Assembly: GCA_944392555.1 (NCBI GenBank)
Contig: CALXWZ010000002.1
Coordinates: 59,085-123,084, forward strand
Source: an uncultured Alphaproteobacteria bacterium
GTDB lineage: Bacteria; Pseudomonadota; Alphaproteobacteria; CAAHEQ01; UBA3637
Reading direction: 5' to 3'
Length of the DNA: 64,000 nt
In this document: positions 1-12,800 of the stretch, in pieces
Layout of the letters: each line of letters starts with the position of its first letter
Numbering within the stretch: position 1 is the first letter of the stretch
Notes under the pieces: model-generated
What the model saw: the letters and a program-made list of their open reading frames with translations, nothing else
What the model was told of the DNA's origin: nothing
Database searches by the model: none
Translations under genes and position numbers: made by a program

Positions 1-81
1 GCAGACGATGATGCGCAAGAAAATCCGCACATTTTAGATACGGACGCTTATCGGGAAATGGAAAAGCGCCTATCTTCATAA
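1..81 (+). CDS. 3' end of an unidentified CDS (partial; ...ADDDAQENPHILDTDAYREMEKRLSS*), convergent with ffh
   Basis: Open frame 1 from the window edge to TAA at 79-81. No family recognised. Confidence 0.25.
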   Translation, partial: ADDDAQENPHILDTDAYREMEKRLSS

Positions 82-142
82 TGAATAGATATTTCTTTTG
101 ATGTGCCGATATCGGCAAGGGTGAAGGGTGTTTGCCCAATCC

Positions 143-1594
143 TTATTTCTTAAACCGACTTAAAAAACTATTTGCACCGCCGAAAGCACTGTTCATCGGA
201 ATGTTCGCCAGGTCGGGCATCGGTGAACCGCCCATTAACCCGTTCATCTTCTTCATCATACCCATCATGCCAAGTGGTCCCATTTTTTTAAGCTGTTTCA
301 TTACGGTTGCCATTTGCTCGTATTGTTTGAGTAAACGATTCACATCGCTTACGGATACACCTGCACCGTTTGCGATTCGTTGCTTGCGCGAGGCTTTTAA
401 TATGTCGGGATGACGGCGTTCGTAGGGTGTCATGGATAAAATAATGGCTTCTTGGTGTTTGATGATTTTATTATCAATGTTGGCTTTATCAATTTGATTT
501 TGCATTTTGGAAAGTCCCGGAATCATTTTCATAATCCCTTTAATATCGCCCATTTTATTGATTTGGCGCAGTTGGGCAAGCATGTCGTTCAAATCAAACT
601 GTCCGCTCATCATGCGTTCGGCCGTTTTTTGCGCTTCTTCTTGATTGATTTTTTCCATCGCCGTTTCAACAAGCCCTACAACGTCGCCCATGCCTAAAAT
701 GCGGTCGGCAATGCGTTTTGCATCAAACACTTCCAAAGCCTCGGCTTTTTCCCCGACTCCCAAAAACTGAATCGGTGTTCCCGTTACGGCGCGCATGGAG
801 AGCGCGGCACCGCCCCGCGAATCGCCGTCTATGCGGGTGAGAATCGTGCCCGTAATACCGACTTTTTGATTGAATTGTTCGGCGATATTAACGGCGTCTT
901 GCCCGATGAGTGCGTCAATAACAAGAAGTGTCTCCGCCGGATTGGATATGTCGCGGATTTTGATAATTTCATTCATCATTTCTTCATCAATATGGAGTCG
1001 TCCCGCCGTATCTAAAATCAATACGTCATACGCGCCGTCTTTGGCAGTTTGCAAAGCGCGCTTGGTAATATCAATCGGCTGTTGTTTAGCCACAATCGGC
1101 AAAACATCAAATTGATTCTTGCTCCCGAGTTCTGCCAACTGTTCCTGTGCGGCCGGACGATAAACGTCCAGCGATGCCGTCAAAACTTTTTTTTCGTCTT
1201 TTTGGAGGCGTTTGGCAAGTTTGGCGCAAGAAGTTGTTTTCCCGGAACCTTGCAAACCCACCATTAAAATCACGTTCTGCTTGTGCGGTAAAAGCGCCAG
1301 CGGTTTGGATTCGCCGAGCAGGGCAACCAGCTCATCGTGAACGATTTTAATAACTTGTTGCGCGGGGGAAACAGACTTAATGATTTGTTCGCCGACGGCT
1401 TTCTCCTTTACCGTTGCGATGAAGGATTTAACAACGGGCAAAGCCACATCAGCTTCCAAAAGGGCTATTTTAATTTCGCGCATGGTTTCGTCAACGGCAG
1501 TTTCCGTTAAAATACCGCGACGGGTTAACTTATCAAAAACCGCATTTAATCTTTCCGATAATCCTGTAAACATTTGTGCCTGCTTTCGTTTCAA
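143..1594 (-). CDS. ffh: Signal recognition particle protein Ffh (SRP54)
   Basis: 483 aa. SRP54 N domain, GTPase Walker A GLQGSGKTT, and Met-rich M domain at the C-terminus (MGPLGMMGMMKKM). Confidence 0.95.
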   Translation of the reverse strand: MKRKQAQMFTGLSERLNAVFDKLTRRGILTETAVDETMREIKIALLEADVALPVVKSFIATVKEKAVGEQIIKSVSPAQQVIKIVHDELVALLGESKPLALLPHKQNVILMVGLQGSGKTTSCAKLAKRLQKDEKKVLTASLDVYRPAAQEQLAELGSKNQFDVLPIVAKQQPIDITKRALQTAKDGAYDVLILDTAGRLHIDEEMMNEIIKIRDISNPAETLLVIDALIGQDAVNIAEQFNQKVGITGTILTRIDGDSRGGAALSMRAVTGTPIQFLGVGEKAEALEVFDAKRIADRILGMGDVVGLVETAMEKINQEEAQKTAERMMSGQFDLNDMLAQLRQINKMGDIKGIMKMIPGLSKMQNQIDKANIDNKIIKHQEAIILSMTPYERRHPDILKASRKQRIANGAGVSVSDVNRLLKQYEQMATVMKQLKKMGPLGMMGMMKKMNGLMGGSPMPDLANIPMNSAFGGANSFLSRFKK

Positions 1595-1965
1595 AATAAT
1601 TGTATAAAAATGATGATTGTTGCCATTATATAGATAAAGAAGCGAAAAGTCAAACGCGAAGTGCGAGGTGGTAATGCAGAGAGAAAGCGGGGAGATAAAA
1701 GCGTGTTGCCGTCGGTTGGTTGTCGGGTGAGTAGAAAACCAAAAGACGGTTTGATTACGAAATGCGTCAGATTGGTCTTATAAATCCGATAAGTAAAACA
1801 AAAAGGGCGATTTACTCCCTAAAATGGTAGAATGCGTATCAAGCAAAATTAGGTAATAAGGGGCAAAAAAAAGACCCGATACAAGCCCAAAAGGATAATT
1901 TGAAAAGCCAAATGTTTCCGATACGAATTCCTTAATAAAAAATTAAAAATGATTCAAAAAAACAC

Positions 1966-1994
1966 TTGACATCAACATAAAATGACTGTATTAT
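1966..1994 (+). promoter_or_regulatory. sigma70-like promoter TTGACA-17-TATTAT upstream of tRNA-Trp/secE/nusG
   Basis: TTGACA at 1966-1971, 17-nt spacer, TATTAT at 1989-1994, about 65 nt upstream of tRNA-Trp. Confidence 0.55.
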
Positions 1995-2059
1995 AACACA
2001 ACCCATATAAAGTGGGCGGGTGTTGCTTTTGGTAAAAGGCGTTGCCCAAAGAAGTGTTT

Positions 2060-2135
2060 AGGGGTGTAGCTCAACTGGTAGAGCGTCGGTCTCCAAAACC
2101 GAAGGTCGCGGGTTCGATCCCTGCCGCCCCTGCCA
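2060..2135 (+). tRNA. trnW: tRNA-Trp (anticodon CCA)
   Basis: 76-nt cloverleaf. Acceptor stem AGGGGTG/CGCCCCT, anticodon loop CTCCAAA, T-arm GGTTCGATCC, 3' CCA encoded. Classic position upstream of secE-nusG. Confidence 0.9.
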
Positions 2136-2152
2136 ATAGAGAAGAGGAAGAA

Positions 2153-2341
2153 ATGAAAACATCACCGGCACAATTTGTGCGCCAAGTTAAACAAGAGATT
2201 GCCAAGATAACATGGCCGGCTCGTGCCGTTGCCATGCGCGGAACAATAACGGTTATTGTTATGAGTGTTGTGTTGGCGGCGTTTTTGTTGGTTGTAGATA
2301 TGTTTTTTGCCGGTGCAATTCAATATGTGTTAAAGTTTTAA
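2153..2341 (+). CDS. secE: Preprotein translocase subunit SecE
   Basis: ATG at 2153 after the tRNA. 62 aa with a single C-terminal TM helix (ITWPARAVAMRGTITVIVMSVVLAAFLLVVD). Conserved tRNA-Trp/secE/nusG order. The ORF-track start at 2042 runs through the tRNA and is rejected. Confidence 0.7.
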   Translation: MKTSPAQFVRQVKQEIAKITWPARAVAMRGTITVIVMSVVLAAFLLVVDMFFAGAIQYVLKF

Positions 2342-2353
2342 GGGGTAAATAAG

Positions 2354-2881
2354 ATGGCTATTCGCTGGTACATTGTTCACACATATTCGGGATTTGAAAA
2401 CAAAATTGCCGAATTTATCAAAGAACAGGCAGAAAAGAAGGGTATGCAACATCTGGTAGAAGATGTACTTGTGCCGACGGAGCAGGTTGTATCGGTGCGC
2501 AACGGGGCCAAAGTGGAAACGGAAAGAAAATTTTTCCCGGGATATGTGTTGGTTAAAATGGAAATGACGCCGGAAACATGGCATTTAGTCAGTAGCACGC
2601 CGAAAGTAACGGGATTCTTGGGCGGTAAGAAACCGGTTCCGATGACACAAGCCGAAGCCGATCGAATTTTACATCAAGTTAAAGAAGGTGTTGAAAAACC
2701 GAAAACGGCCGTTGTTTATGAAGCGGGTGAACAGATTGTTGTGTGTGATGGTCCGTTTGCGTCGTTTAACGGGGTTGTTGAAGAAGTGGATGCCGAAAAA
2801 GAAAGATTGAAAGTATCTGTTTCAATTTTTGGGCGTCAAACACCGTTGGAATTGAATTATACACAGGTAAAAAAGGCGTAA
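2354..2881 (+). CDS. nusG: Transcription termination/antitermination factor NusG
   Basis: 175 aa. N-terminal NGN (WYIVHTYSGFENK) and C-terminal KOW (GEQIVVCDGPFASFNGVVEEV). Confidence 0.92.
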   Translation: MAIRWYIVHTYSGFENKIAEFIKEQAEKKGMQHLVEDVLVPTEQVVSVRNGAKVETERKFFPGYVLVKMEMTPETWHLVSSTPKVTGFLGGKKPVPMTQAEADRILHQVKEGVEKPKTAVVYEAGEQIVVCDGPFASFNGVVEEVDAEKERLKVSVSIFGRQTPLELNYTQVKKA

Positions 2882-3003
2882 GTGCCGAAAGGGTTTTAAA
2901 AGGAGATAGAATCAATCCGTATTTCCTTTTTCTTGTGGCAGATAAGCCATTATCGAACCACAAACTTCAAATCAGGATTGAACAATATAATTGAGGTCAA
3001 AAA

Positions 3004-3432
3004 ATGGCAAAGAAAGTAATCGGCTTTATCAAACTTCAAATTGAAGCGGGTAAAGCGAATCCGTCGCCTCCGGTCGGGCCGGCTTTGGGTCAAAGAGGCT
3101 TAAACATTATGGAATTCTGTAAAGCGTTTAATGCTAAAACGCAAAAAATGGAACCGGGCACACCGATTCCCGTTATCATTACGGCTTATGCGGACAGAAC
3201 ATTTACGTTCGTGACGAAATTACCTCCGGTCAGCTATTTAATTAAGAAAGCAGCCGGTGTTAAGAGCGCGTCCAAAGAACCGGGTCGTAAGAAAGTAGCA
3301 AAGATTACAAAAGAACAAGTCAAAGCAATCGCAACGGAAAAAATGCCGGATTTGAACTGTCACACGGTTGAAGCGGCAATGGAAATGGTTGCAGGTCAGG
3401 CACGTTCAATGGGTATTGAAGTAGCGGAGTAA
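3004..3432 (+). CDS. rplK: 50S ribosomal protein L11
   Basis: 142 aa. [17 protein letters not shown] motif. Synteny nusG-rplK-rplA. Confidence 0.95.
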   Translation: MAKKVIGFIKLQIEAGKANPSPPVGPALGQRGLNIMEFCKAFNAKTQKMEPGTPIPVIITAYADRTFTFVTKLPPVSYLIKKAAGVKSASKEPGRKKVAKITKEQVKAIATEKMPDLNCHTVEAAMEMVAGQARSMGIEVAE

Positions 3433-3436
3433 GAAA

Positions 3437-4126
3437 ATGAAATACGGAAAAAGATTAAAGAAAGCTTACGAAACTGTTGATACCGCAAAAGTGTATGACA
3501 TTGACGAAGCTGTAAAAGTAATTAAAGAAAATGCAACGGCAAAGTTTGATGAAACGGTAGATATTGCTGTTTCATTGGGTGTTGATCCGCGTCAATCGGA
3601 CCAAATGGTTCGCGGTGCGGTTTCATTGCCGGCCGGCACGGGTAAAACATTAACGGTTGCCGTGTTTGCCAAAGGGCCGAAAGCGGAAGAAGCGAAAAAA
3701 GCAGGTGCCGATATCGTCGGAGATGAAGATTTGATGAACGATATTATGGCTGGTAATATTAACTTCCAACGCTTAATCGCAACGCCGGATATGATGGGTG
3801 TTGTCGGTCGTTTAGGTAAAATTCTCGGACCGAAAGGCTTGATGCCGAACCCGAAACTCGGAACAGTAACGATGGATGTGGCGGAAGCCGTTAAGGCTGC
3901 CAAAGCCGGCCAAGTTCAATTCCGTGTTGATGCGGCAGGTATCGTGCATGCCGGTATCGGAAAAGTGAGCTTTGACGATGCAAAAATCAAAGAAAATGCA
4001 ATTGCTTTTGTGAAAGCATTATCGGCTTTAAAGCCGGCTTCTTCCAAAGGCGTATATTTGAAACAAGTTGCTTTGAGCACAACTCAAGGTATCGGCGTAA
4101 AAGTCGCTGTTTCAAGCGTTGCATAA
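3437..4126 (+). CDS. rplA: 50S ribosomal protein L1
   Basis: 229 aa. Typical L1 sequence, 4 nt after rplK. Confidence 0.95.
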   Translation: MKYGKRLKKAYETVDTAKVYDIDEAVKVIKENATAKFDETVDIAVSLGVDPRQSDQMVRGAVSLPAGTGKTLTVAVFAKGPKAEEAKKAGADIVGDEDLMNDIMAGNINFQRLIATPDMMGVVGRLGKILGPKGLMPNPKLGTVTMDVAEAVKAAKAGQVQFRVDAAGIVHAGIGKVSFDDAKIKENAIAFVKALSALKPASSKGVYLKQVALSTTQGIGVKVAVSSVA

Positions 4127-4385
4127 GAAATTCGTTTGCCACCTCCGATAAGGGGGTGGCAAATGCCTGTCCGAGACTGACGGCGCTTATCATGGGATAA
4201 GATTAAAGGAAAGCATTCCGCCATCATAGACAGAAAGTAAATCAGTTATTCCGGTTGGAAAAAATGATGTTTCTGGACAGGAAAGAGTGGGTGAAGGAAT
4301 TATTTGAAAGCAAATAACCTAAGCCTGTGTGGAAACCAAAAAAGTAAAAAGAAATTTTTATTTTTTTAAAAGCGGAGACAATATC
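4127..4385 (+). promoter_or_regulatory. Putative rplJ (L10) leader / autoregulatory 5'UTR
   Basis: About 260-nt non-coding gap between rplA and rplJ, as in the L10-L12 autoregulatory leader of other bacteria. No structure computed. Confidence 0.35.
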
Positions 4386-4874
4386 GTGAAACGTGAAGAA
4401 AAACAACAAGTTATCTCTGAAATGAAAGACGTTTTCAATACGGCCGGTCTTGTCGTTGTTGCAATTAACAACGGTATCTCTATGGCTGAAACGACGGAAT
4501 TACGTCGGAATGTTTTGAATGACGGAGCAAACTATCGTGTCGTTAAAAACCGTTTAGCTAAATTGGCTCTTGCCGGAACGCCTTGCGAAGCAATGGCCGA
4601 CTTATTGGTCGGTCCGACGGCTTTGGCATATTCAACGGATGAAATTTCCGCTGCCAGAGCAGTTTGCAAGTTAGCCAAAGCAAGCGATAAGTATGAAATT
4701 GCCGGCGGTATCATGAACGGCAAACGCATTGATGCAAAAGAAGTCAATGCGTTGGCAACATTACCGTCTTTGGACGAATTGCGTGGCAAACTTATCGGCT
4801 TGTTGCAAGCACCCGGCGGGCAATTGGCTCGTGTTACAAAAGCTTATTCGGAAAAAGAACAAGCTGCGGCTTAA
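4329..4874 (+). CDS. rplJ: 50S ribosomal protein L10 (the true start is probably GTG near 4386, with the ORF-track 5' extension being leader sequence)
   Basis: L10 family sequence begins about at VKREEKQQVISEMKDVF. Position between rplA and rplL. Confidence 0.9.
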   Translation: METKKVKRNFYFFKSGDNIVKREEKQQVISEMKDVFNTAGLVVVAINNGISMAETTELRRNVLNDGANYRVVKNRLAKLALAGTPCEAMADLLVGPTALAYSTDEISAARAVCKLAKASDKYEIAGGIMNGKRIDAKEVNALATLPSLDELRGKLIGLLQAPGGQLARVTKAYSEKEQAAA

Positions 4875-4929
4875 TTTTATCAACCAGTGGGCAATAGCCC
4901 GAAGTATTTAAAATTTTTAGGAGAAAAAA

Positions 4930-5295
4930 ATGACTGATTTAAATAAAATCGTAGACGAATTATCGGCATTGACAATCATGGAAGCTGCCGAATTATCAAA
5001 AATGTTGGAAGAAAAATGGGGCGTATCCGCCGCTGCTCCGGTTGTTGCCGGTGCTGTTGCCGGTGCTGCCGCTGCCGAAGAAAAAACAGAATTTGATGTA
5101 ATTTTGGTTGATGCAGGCGCCAACAAAATCAATGCTATTAAAGAAGTTCGCACAATCACAGGCTTGGGCTTGAAAGAAGCCAAAGACTTGGTTGAAGGTG
5201 CTCCGAAAGAATTGAAGAAAGGCGTTTCAAAAGAAGAAGCCGAAAAAATCAAAAAGCAATTAGAAGCAGCCGGCGCGAAAGTCGAATTGAAATAA
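4930..5295 (+). CDS. rplL: 50S ribosomal protein L7/L12
   Basis: 121 aa. Ala-rich hinge and C-terminal [12 protein letters not shown] motif. Confidence 0.96.
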   Translation: MTDLNKIVDELSALTIMEAAELSKMLEEKWGVSAAAPVVAGAVAGAAAAEEKTEFDVILVDAGANKINAIKEVRTITGLGLKEAKDLVEGAPKELKKGVSKEEAEKIKKQLEAAGAKVELK

Positions 5296-5560
5296 TTTTA
5301 TTTCAAAAAACATCAATCGGGTCGCATCAATTTGAGCAAAATTGGTGTCGACCCTATTGAAGTCATATAAGGTAAGGGGTTTATTTTGGTGAGCAAGCGC
5401 ATCATAATAGCCTCAAAAGCCAAGAAAAAAGACGATTTCGCCTGAGGTTATGCAAGGCAAAAGAAATCGCATAGAAAAAAAGAGTTAGGGTTCCGATTCC
5501 CGATAATCGGAAAAAGGTACCGGTTCCTGTTAATCGGAGAAAAAACTATTTTTAGGGGAA

Positions 5561-8500
5561 GTGCAGATGATCAAATCCGAAACCAATCGCAGAAGAGTTC
5601 GCAAAAACTTCGGTAAAATCGATCCGGCAGTTGAAATGCCGAATTTGATTGATGTTCAGACAAGTTCATATAAAGAGTTTTTACAATGGGGTGTGCCGGT
5701 TGAAAAACGGCAGGATACGGGGTTGCAAGAAGTATTCAAGTCTGTTTTCCCGATTCATGATTTTGCCGGACGCGGTGATTTAGAATTTATCAAGTATGAA
5801 CTTGATACGCCGAAATTCGATGTTGATGAATGTTTGAAGCGGGGTTTAACGTATGCGGCTCCCGTGCGGGCGACTTTGCGGTTAGTCGTGTGGGATGTAG
5901 ATGCTACGACCGGCACACGTTCGATTCGCGATATTAAAGAACAAGATGTATATATGGGCGATTTGCCGTTGATGACGGAAAAAGGCACATTTATCGTTAA
6001 CGGAACGGAACGTGTTGTCGTTTCACAGATGCACCGCTCCCCGGGTGTATTCTTTGACCATGATAACGGTGAAACGCATTCATCGGGTAAATATCTGTTC
6101 AGCGCTCGGATTATTCCGTATCGCGGTTCGTGGATTGACTTTGAATTTGATGCTAAAGATTTGATTTACGTGCGGATTGACCGCCGTCGGAAATTGCCGG
6201 CATCGTCTTTATTGTATGCGCTTGATAATGACGAAACGGAAAAGAAACGCGCCGAGGCAAAAGAGGATGGGCGCACGCTGGACAGCAGTGAAGTAGAAGG
6301 TATGAGCAAAGAAGATATTTTAAATTACTTCTACGAAAAGGTTGTCTTTACAAAAGATAAAAAAGGTTGGAAGACGGCTTTTGTTCCGGCACGCATGAAA
6401 GGCGTCAAACTCACGCACGATTTGGTAGATGCCAAAACAGGTAAAGTGGTTGCCGAAGCAGGCGAAAAGTTAAATCTCGGCAAAGTGAACAAATTAGCTC
6501 GTGAAGGTTTGGAAGAATTCCGCGTGATGCCGGAAGAATTGCTCGGACGTTTTGTTGCCGTTGATTTCGTGAATGAAAAAACGGGCGAAGTGGTTATGGA
6601 AGCCGGCAATGAAATCACGGAAGATGATTTGGAAAAATTGAATGAACTCAAAATTAAAGAGTTGCCGATTTTGCATATTGATTACGTCAACGTCGGACCG
6701 TATATCCGGAACACATTGGTTGCCGATAAAAATACAACGAGAGAAGAAGCGTTGATTGATATCTATAAAATCATGCGCCCGGGTGAATTGCCCGTTGTTG
6801 AAACGGCAGACGCGTTATTCCAAGGGATGTTCTTTGATTTGGATAGATACGATTTATCGGCCGTCGGTCGTGTAAAAATGAATGCACGGTTGGGTATTGA
6901 TTCAAACTTGGTGCCGGATTCCGTTCGTGTGTTACGCAAAGAAGATATTTTAAAGATTTTAAAAACACTTGTTGAAATTAAAGACGGAAACGGACAAGTG
7001 GACGATATTGATAACCTCGGCAACCGCCGTGTGCGTTCCGTGGGTGAATTGATGGAAAATCAATATCGCTTAGGTTTGTTGCGGATGGAAAGAATGATTC
7101 GCGAAAAGATGACGTCAACGGAAATCGATTCGGTTATGCCGTATGATTTAATCAATGCGAAGCCGTTATCGGCTGCCGTACGGGAATTCTTTGCTTCATC
7201 GCAATTATCGCAATTTATGGATCAAAACAACCCGCTTTCCGAAATTACGCACAAACGGCGTTTATCGGCATTGGGTCCGGGCGGGTTAACGCGGGATCGT
7301 GCCGGTATGGAAGTGCGTGACGTTCACCCGACACATTACGGACGGATTTGTCCGATTGAGTCGCCGGAAGGGCAGAACATCGGTTTGATTAACTCGCTTT
7401 CCACGTTTGCAAAAGTGAACAAATACGGCTTTATTGAAACACCGTATCGTAAGATTATTGACGGCAAAGTTTCGGAAGAGGTTGTTTATTTATCTGCCAT
7501 GGAAGAAGCCAATCACACGATTGCACAGGCAAACGCTAAACTGAATGAAAAAGGCGAGTTCTTGGAAGATTTAGTAACGGCACGTCATGCGGGTGAAGTT
7601 GTTTTGGCCAAACCGGAAGAAATTGACTTGATTGACGTTTCGCCGAAACAAGTTGTGTCGGTTGCCGCCTCGTTGATTCCGTTCTTGGAAAACGATGACG
7701 CAAACCGTGCTTTGATGGGATCTAACATGCAACGTCAAGGCGTGCCTTTGTTGCATAATGAAGCACCGCTTGTCGGAACGGGTATGGAAGCAGCCGTGGC
7801 TAAGGATTCAAAAGCCGCCGTTGCCGCAAAACGTGCCGGTGTGGTTACACAAGTGGATTCCTCGCGTATTGTCATTCGCGCAACGGATGAATTAAGCACA
7901 ACATCGTCGGGTGTGGATATTTATACATTGGAGAAATTCCAACGCTCCAACACGGGAACGTGTATGACACAAGAACCGCTCGTTCATACGGGTGATAAGG
8001 TTGAAAAAGGCGAAATTATTGCAGACGGTCCGTGTACGGAACTCGGCGAGTTGGCGCTCGGACGCAACGTATTGGTTGCCTTTATGCCGTGGAACGGATA
8101 CAACTATGAAGACTCTGTGTTGATTTCGGAACGAATCGCGCAAGACGACGTGTTTACATCCATTCACTTGGAAGAATTTGAAGTGGTTGCTCGGGATACA
8201 AAACTCGGACAAGAAGAAATTACACGGGATATTCCGAATGTTGGTGAAGAAGGATTAAAGAATCTGGATGAAACGGGTATCGTTTACATCGGTGCCGAAG
8301 TGAAAGCCGGAGATATTTTGGTGGGTAAAGTAACACCGAAAGGTGAAACGATTATGACACCGGAAGAAAAACTCTTGCGCACGATTTTCGGTGAAAAGGC
8401 TGCCGATGTGAGAGATTCTTCTTTGCGTGTTCCGCCGGGAGTATTCGGAACGGTCATTGACGTGCGTATTTTCACGCGTCGCGGAATTGAAAAAGATGAA

Positions 8501-9745
8501 CGCGCTTTGGCGATTGAACAAGCCGAAATCAATCGGTTAGCCAAAGACCGTGATGACGAAAAAGCTATTATTCAAGGCAGTTTCTATGATCGGATTCGTT
8601 CGTTGATGATTGGGCAAAAAGTTGCCAAAGCGGAAGGATTTACATCGGGAACGGTTTTGACGGAAGATAACTTGAAAGATGTTGCCAACTACAACTTGCG
8701 CAAAATCAGCGTTCAAGATGACGCTGTGATGACGCAGATTGAAGAATTGATTGCAACACTCAATCAAGCCGAAAAAGAATTGCAGGAAAAATTTGAAAAT
8801 CGTGTTGAAAAATTGCAACGCGGTGACGAAATGATGGCCGGCGAATTGAAGAAAGTAAAAGTCTTCATCGCAACGAAACGGAAATTGCAACCGGGTGATA
8901 AAATGTCCGGTCGTCACGGAAACAAGGGTGTGGTTTCACGGGTCTTGCCGGTAGAAGATATGCCGTATACGGAAGACGGCACACCGATGGATATTGTGTT
9001 GAATCCGTTGGGCGTTCCGTCGCGTATGAACGTGGGTCAGATTTTGGAAACACACTTGGGTTATGCTTGTCGCGAACTCGGCCGTCAAATCGGAACGGTG
9101 GTTGATGAGATTAAAGCACAACATGCCAAAGTGGAAGACTTGCGTGCGAAATTGAAAGATGTCTATGGTGATCGCGAATACAACCGTCATATCGCCGATA
9201 TGGATGATACGCAAGTGTTAGCAATGAGTGAAAACTTGAAGAAGGGTGTGCCGATTGCAACACCGGTCTTTGACGGGGCGCATCAGGAAGACATTAATGC
9301 CATGCTCAAAAAGGCCGGTTTGGATGAATCGGGGCAAGTGACACTGTATGACGGCTTGACGGGTGAACCGTTTGACCGCAAGGTGACAATCGGATACATG
9401 TATATGTTAAAATTGCACCACTTGGTTGATGAAAAGATTCACGCTCGTTCAATCGGACCTTACAGCTTGGTCACGCAACAACCGCTCGGCGGTAAAGCCC
9501 AGTTCGGTGGTCAGAGATTTGGTGAAATGGAAGTGTGGGCACTTGAAGCATACGGGGCAGCCTACACCTTGCAAGAAATGTTAACGATTAAATCCGATGA
9601 CGTTTCGGGCCGTATCAAAGCTTACGAAACGATTATCCGCGGTGATAATAATTTTGAAGCGGGTATTCCGGAATCGTTCAACGTGTTAGTGAAAGAAATC
9701 CGTTCACTCGGACTTGACATTGAATTGAACCAAAACGAAAAATAA
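5561..9745 (+). CDS. rpoB: DNA-directed RNA polymerase subunit beta
   Basis: 1394 aa with conserved RpoB blocks (e.g. [28 protein letters not shown]). Confidence 0.98.
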   Translation: MQMIKSETNRRRVRKNFGKIDPAVEMPNLIDVQTSSYKEFLQWGVPVEKRQDTGLQEVFKSVFPIHDFAGRGDLEFIKYELDTPKFDVDECLKRGLTYAAPVRATLRLVVWDVDATTGTRSIRDIKEQDVYMGDLPLMTEKGTFIVNGTERVVVSQMHRSPGVFFDHDNGETHSSGKYLFSARIIPYRGSWIDFEFDAKDLIYVRIDRRRKLPASSLLYALDNDETEKKRAEAKEDGRTLDSSEVEGMSKEDILNYFYEKVVFTKDKKGWKTAFVPARMKGVKLTHDLVDAKTGKVVAEAGEKLNLGKVNKLAREGLEEFRVMPEELLGRFVAVDFVNEKTGEVVMEAGNEITEDDLEKLNELKIKELPILHIDYVNVGPYIRNTLVADKNTTREEALIDIYKIMRPGELPVVETADALFQGMFFDLDRYDLSAVGRVKMNARLGIDSNLVPDSVRVLRKEDILKILKTLVEIKDGNGQVDDIDNLGNRRVRSVGELMENQYRLGLLRMERMIREKMTSTEIDSVMPYDLINAKPLSAAVREFFASSQLSQFMDQNNPLSEITHKRRLSALGPGGLTRDRAGMEVRDVHPTHYGRICPIESPEGQNIGLINSLSTFAKVNKYGFIETPYRKIIDGKVSEEVVYLSAMEEANHTIAQANAKLNEKGEFLEDLVTARHAGEVVLAKPEEIDLIDVSPKQVVSVAASLIPFLENDDANRALMGSNMQRQGVPLLHNEAPLVGTGMEAAVAKDSKAAVAAKRAGVVTQVDSSRIVIRATDELSTTSSGVDIYTLEKFQRSNTGTCMTQEPLVHTGDKVEKGEIIADGPCTELGELALGRNVLVAFMPWNGYNYEDSVLISERIAQDDVFTSIHLEEFEVVARDTKLGQEEITRDIPNVGEEGLKNLDETGIVYIGAEVKAGDILVGKVTPKGETIMTPEEKLLRTIFGEKAADVRDSSLRVPPGVFGTVIDVRIFTRRGIEKDERALAIEQAEINRLAKDRDDEKAIIQGSFYDRIRSLMIGQKVAKAEGFTSGTVLTEDNLKDVANYNLRKISVQDDAVMTQIEELIATLNQAEKELQEKFENRVEKLQRGDEMMAGELKKVKVFIATKRKLQPGDKMSGRHGNKGVVSRVLPVEDMPYTEDGTPMDIVLNPLGVPSRMNVGQILETHLGYACRELGRQIGTVVDEIKAQHAKVEDLRAKLKDVYGDREYNRHIADMDDTQVLAMSENLKKGVPIATPVFDGAHQEDINAMLKKAGLDESGQVTLYDGLTGEPFDRKVTIGYMYMLKLHHLVDEKIHARSIGPYSLVTQQPLGGKAQFGGQRFGEMEVWALEAYGAAYTLQEMLTIKSDDVSGRIKAYETIIRGDNNFEAGIPESFNVLVKEIRSLGLDIELNQNEK

Positions 9746-9807
9746 TTTCAACGGAGAAAGGCGATGATCGCCTTTCTCCCGCACCAATAAAAAACGAGGT
9801 ATAGACT

Positions 9808-12800
9808 ATGAATGATTTGATTACGACTTTCGGACAAGTGGCATCACCGCAAACATTTGATGATATTCGCATTTCCATTGCATCACCGGAAAAAATCCGT
9901 GAATGGTCGTTTGGTGAGGTGACACGACCCGAAACAATAAACTATCGGACATTTAAGCCGGAGAAAGACGGTTTGTTCTGTGCAAAAATTTTCGGACCGG
10001 TAAAAGATTACGAATGTTTGTGCGGTAAATATAAGCGGATGAAATATCGCGGGATTACTTGCGAAAAGTGCGGTGTGGAAGTGACATTATCCAAAGTGCG
10101 CCGTGAGCGGATGGGACATATTGAATTGGCTTGTCCGGTAACGCATATTTGGTTTTTAAAATCCTTGCCGAGCCGTATCGGTACGCTTTTGGATATGATG
10201 TTAAAGAGCTTGGAAGCCGTTTTGTATTTTGAAAAATACATTGTGATTGAGCCGGGTTTAACATCATTAAAACAACATGATTTATTAAGCGAAGAACAAT
10301 ATCAAGCCGCATTGGAAGAATACGGCGAAGATGCATTCCGCGTGGGAATCGGGGCCGAAGCAATCAAAGAAATGCTTTCGCAAATTGATTTAAATGCCGA
10401 AGCAACGCGTTTACGCGCCGAGTTGATTGGCACAACTTCCGATATGAAACGCAAGAAGATTGTTAAAAAATTAAAATTGGTAGAAGCCTTCTTGGAATCC
10501 GGATCACGTCCGGAATGGATGGTGTTGGATGTGTTGCCGGTGATTCCGCCCGAATTGCGTCCGCTCGTGCCGTTGGATGGCGGTCGGTTTGCCACATCTG
10601 ACTTGAATGATTTGTATCGTCGGGTTATTAACCGCAATAATCGTTTGAAACGGTTATTGGAATTACGGGCACCGGAAATCATTATTCGCAACGAAAAGAG
10701 AATGTTGCAAGAAGCCGTTGACGCGTTGTTTGATAACGGTCGTCGCGGTCGGGCCGTTGCCGGTATCAATAAGCGTCCGCTCAAATCTTTGGCAGATATG
10801 CTGAAAGGTAAGCAAGGTCGCTTCCGTCAAAACTTGCTCGGTAAACGTGTGGATTACTCCGGTCGTTCGGTGATTACGGTGGGTCCGGAATTGATGTTGC
10901 ATCAATGCGGGTTGCCGAAGAGAATGGCTTTGGAATTATTTAAACCGTTTATTTATTCAAAATTGGAACAACGCGGATTGGCAACAACCATTAAAGCCGC
11001 AAAGAAAATGGTGGAAAAAGAAAAGCCGGAAGTTTGGGATATTCTTTCCGAAGTGATTCGGGAACACCCTGTTTTGTTAAACCGTGCGCCGACATTGCAC
11101 CGCTTGGGTATTCAAGCCTTTGAACCGGTATTGATTGAAGGTAAAGCCATTCAGTTGCACCCGTTGGTTTGTACGGCATTTAACGCCGACTTCGACGGTG
11201 ACCAGATGGCCGTGCACGTTCCGTTGTCGTTAGAAGCACAATTGGAAGCACGGGTATTGATGATGTCAACCAACAACATTTTATCACCGGCCAGCGGAAA
11301 GCCGATTATTGTGCCGACGCAGGATATTATTTTGGGCTTATACTATCTTTCCATGGAACGCGACGGCGAACCGGGCGAAGGAATGGTGTTCTCTGGTCCG
11401 CAAGAAGTGGAACATGCGTTGTTTGAAAAAGTTGTTTCGTTGCACGCCAAAATCAAAGTGCGCTTGACGATTATGGATGATGACGGACAAAAGAGAACTA
11501 AAATTGTTTCAACAACGCCGGGCCGTATTAAATTGGCTGCCATCTTGCCGGATAACAGCAAGATTCCGTTCAGCTTAATGAACCGCCTGATTCGTAAGAA
11601 AGAGGTTTCGGAAATTATTGATGCCGTTTACCGTTATTGCGGACAGAAAGAAACATGTATCTTTGCCGACCGCGTAATGGGATTGGGTTATCGCCAAGCT
11701 GCTTTGTCGGGTATTTCATTCGGTAAAGACGATTTGATTATTCCGGAAGCCAAAAAAACATTATTGGCCGAAACAAAAGCCAAAACGGCGGAATACGAAC
11801 GGCAATATCAAGACGGTTTGATTACGCGTTTGGAAAAATATAACAAAGTGGTTGATGCTTGGGCGAAGTGCACGGATGATATTTCCGATGCGATGATGAA
11901 AGAAATTTCAAAAACAGAGCCGGGCAAGCCGATTAACTCCGTTTACATGATGGCTCACTCCGGTGCGCGTGGTTCTGCCACACAGATGCGTCAGTTAGCC
12001 GGTATGCGCGGTTTGATGGCTAAACCGAACGGTGAAATTATTGAAACGCCGATTACGTCCAACTTCAAAGAAGGCTTAACCGTTATGGAATACTTTAACT
12101 CCACGCACGGTGCTCGTAAAGGTTTGGCGGATACGGCTTTGAAAACGGCTAACTCCGGTTATTTGACACGGCGTTTGGTTGATGTTGCCCAAGATGCCAT
12201 TATTACGATGGAAGATTGCGGAACGGAAAACGGTATTACGATTCAACCGATTATTGAAGGCGGTGATGTGATTGCCACAACCGGTGAACGGATTTTGGGT
12301 CGCACGGCTGCCGAGGATATTAAAGATCCGACAACGGGCGAAATCATTGTGCCGAAAAATAAATTGATTGATGAGTATGATGTTGAGAAAATTGATGCCG
12401 TCGGCGTTGAATCGGTGAAGATTCGTTCCGTGTTGACTTGTGAAGCCGAGAACGGTATCTGTGCCGCTTGCTACGGTCGTGATTTGGCGCGCGGAACGCC
12501 GGTGAACTTGGGTGAAGTTGTCGGTATTATCGCTGCACAATCCATCGGTGAACCGGGTACGCAGTTAACGATGCGGACATTCCACGTCGGTGGTACGGCA
12601 CAAAAGGGCGCCGAACAATCCAGCATTGATGTGGGCTTTGATGCCAAAGTCAGATTGACAAACTGCAACGTTATTGAAGATTCCAAAGGTGATAAGATTG
12701 TGTTATCACGGAATTGCGAAGTTTCGTTGTTGGATGCCAATAACCGCGAAAAAGCACGCCACAAATTGCCTTATGGTGCGAAATTGATGGTTGAAAACGG

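Noticed and set aside
132-413. 93-aa plus-strand ORF
   Set aside because: Entirely antisense to the highly conserved ffh coding region. Hydrophobic low-complexity translation typical of shadow ORFs.
2042-2341. 99-aa ORF from the track proposed as a single CDS
   Set aside because: Its 5' third is the tRNA-Trp gene (2060-2135). The real secE begins at the ATG at 2153.
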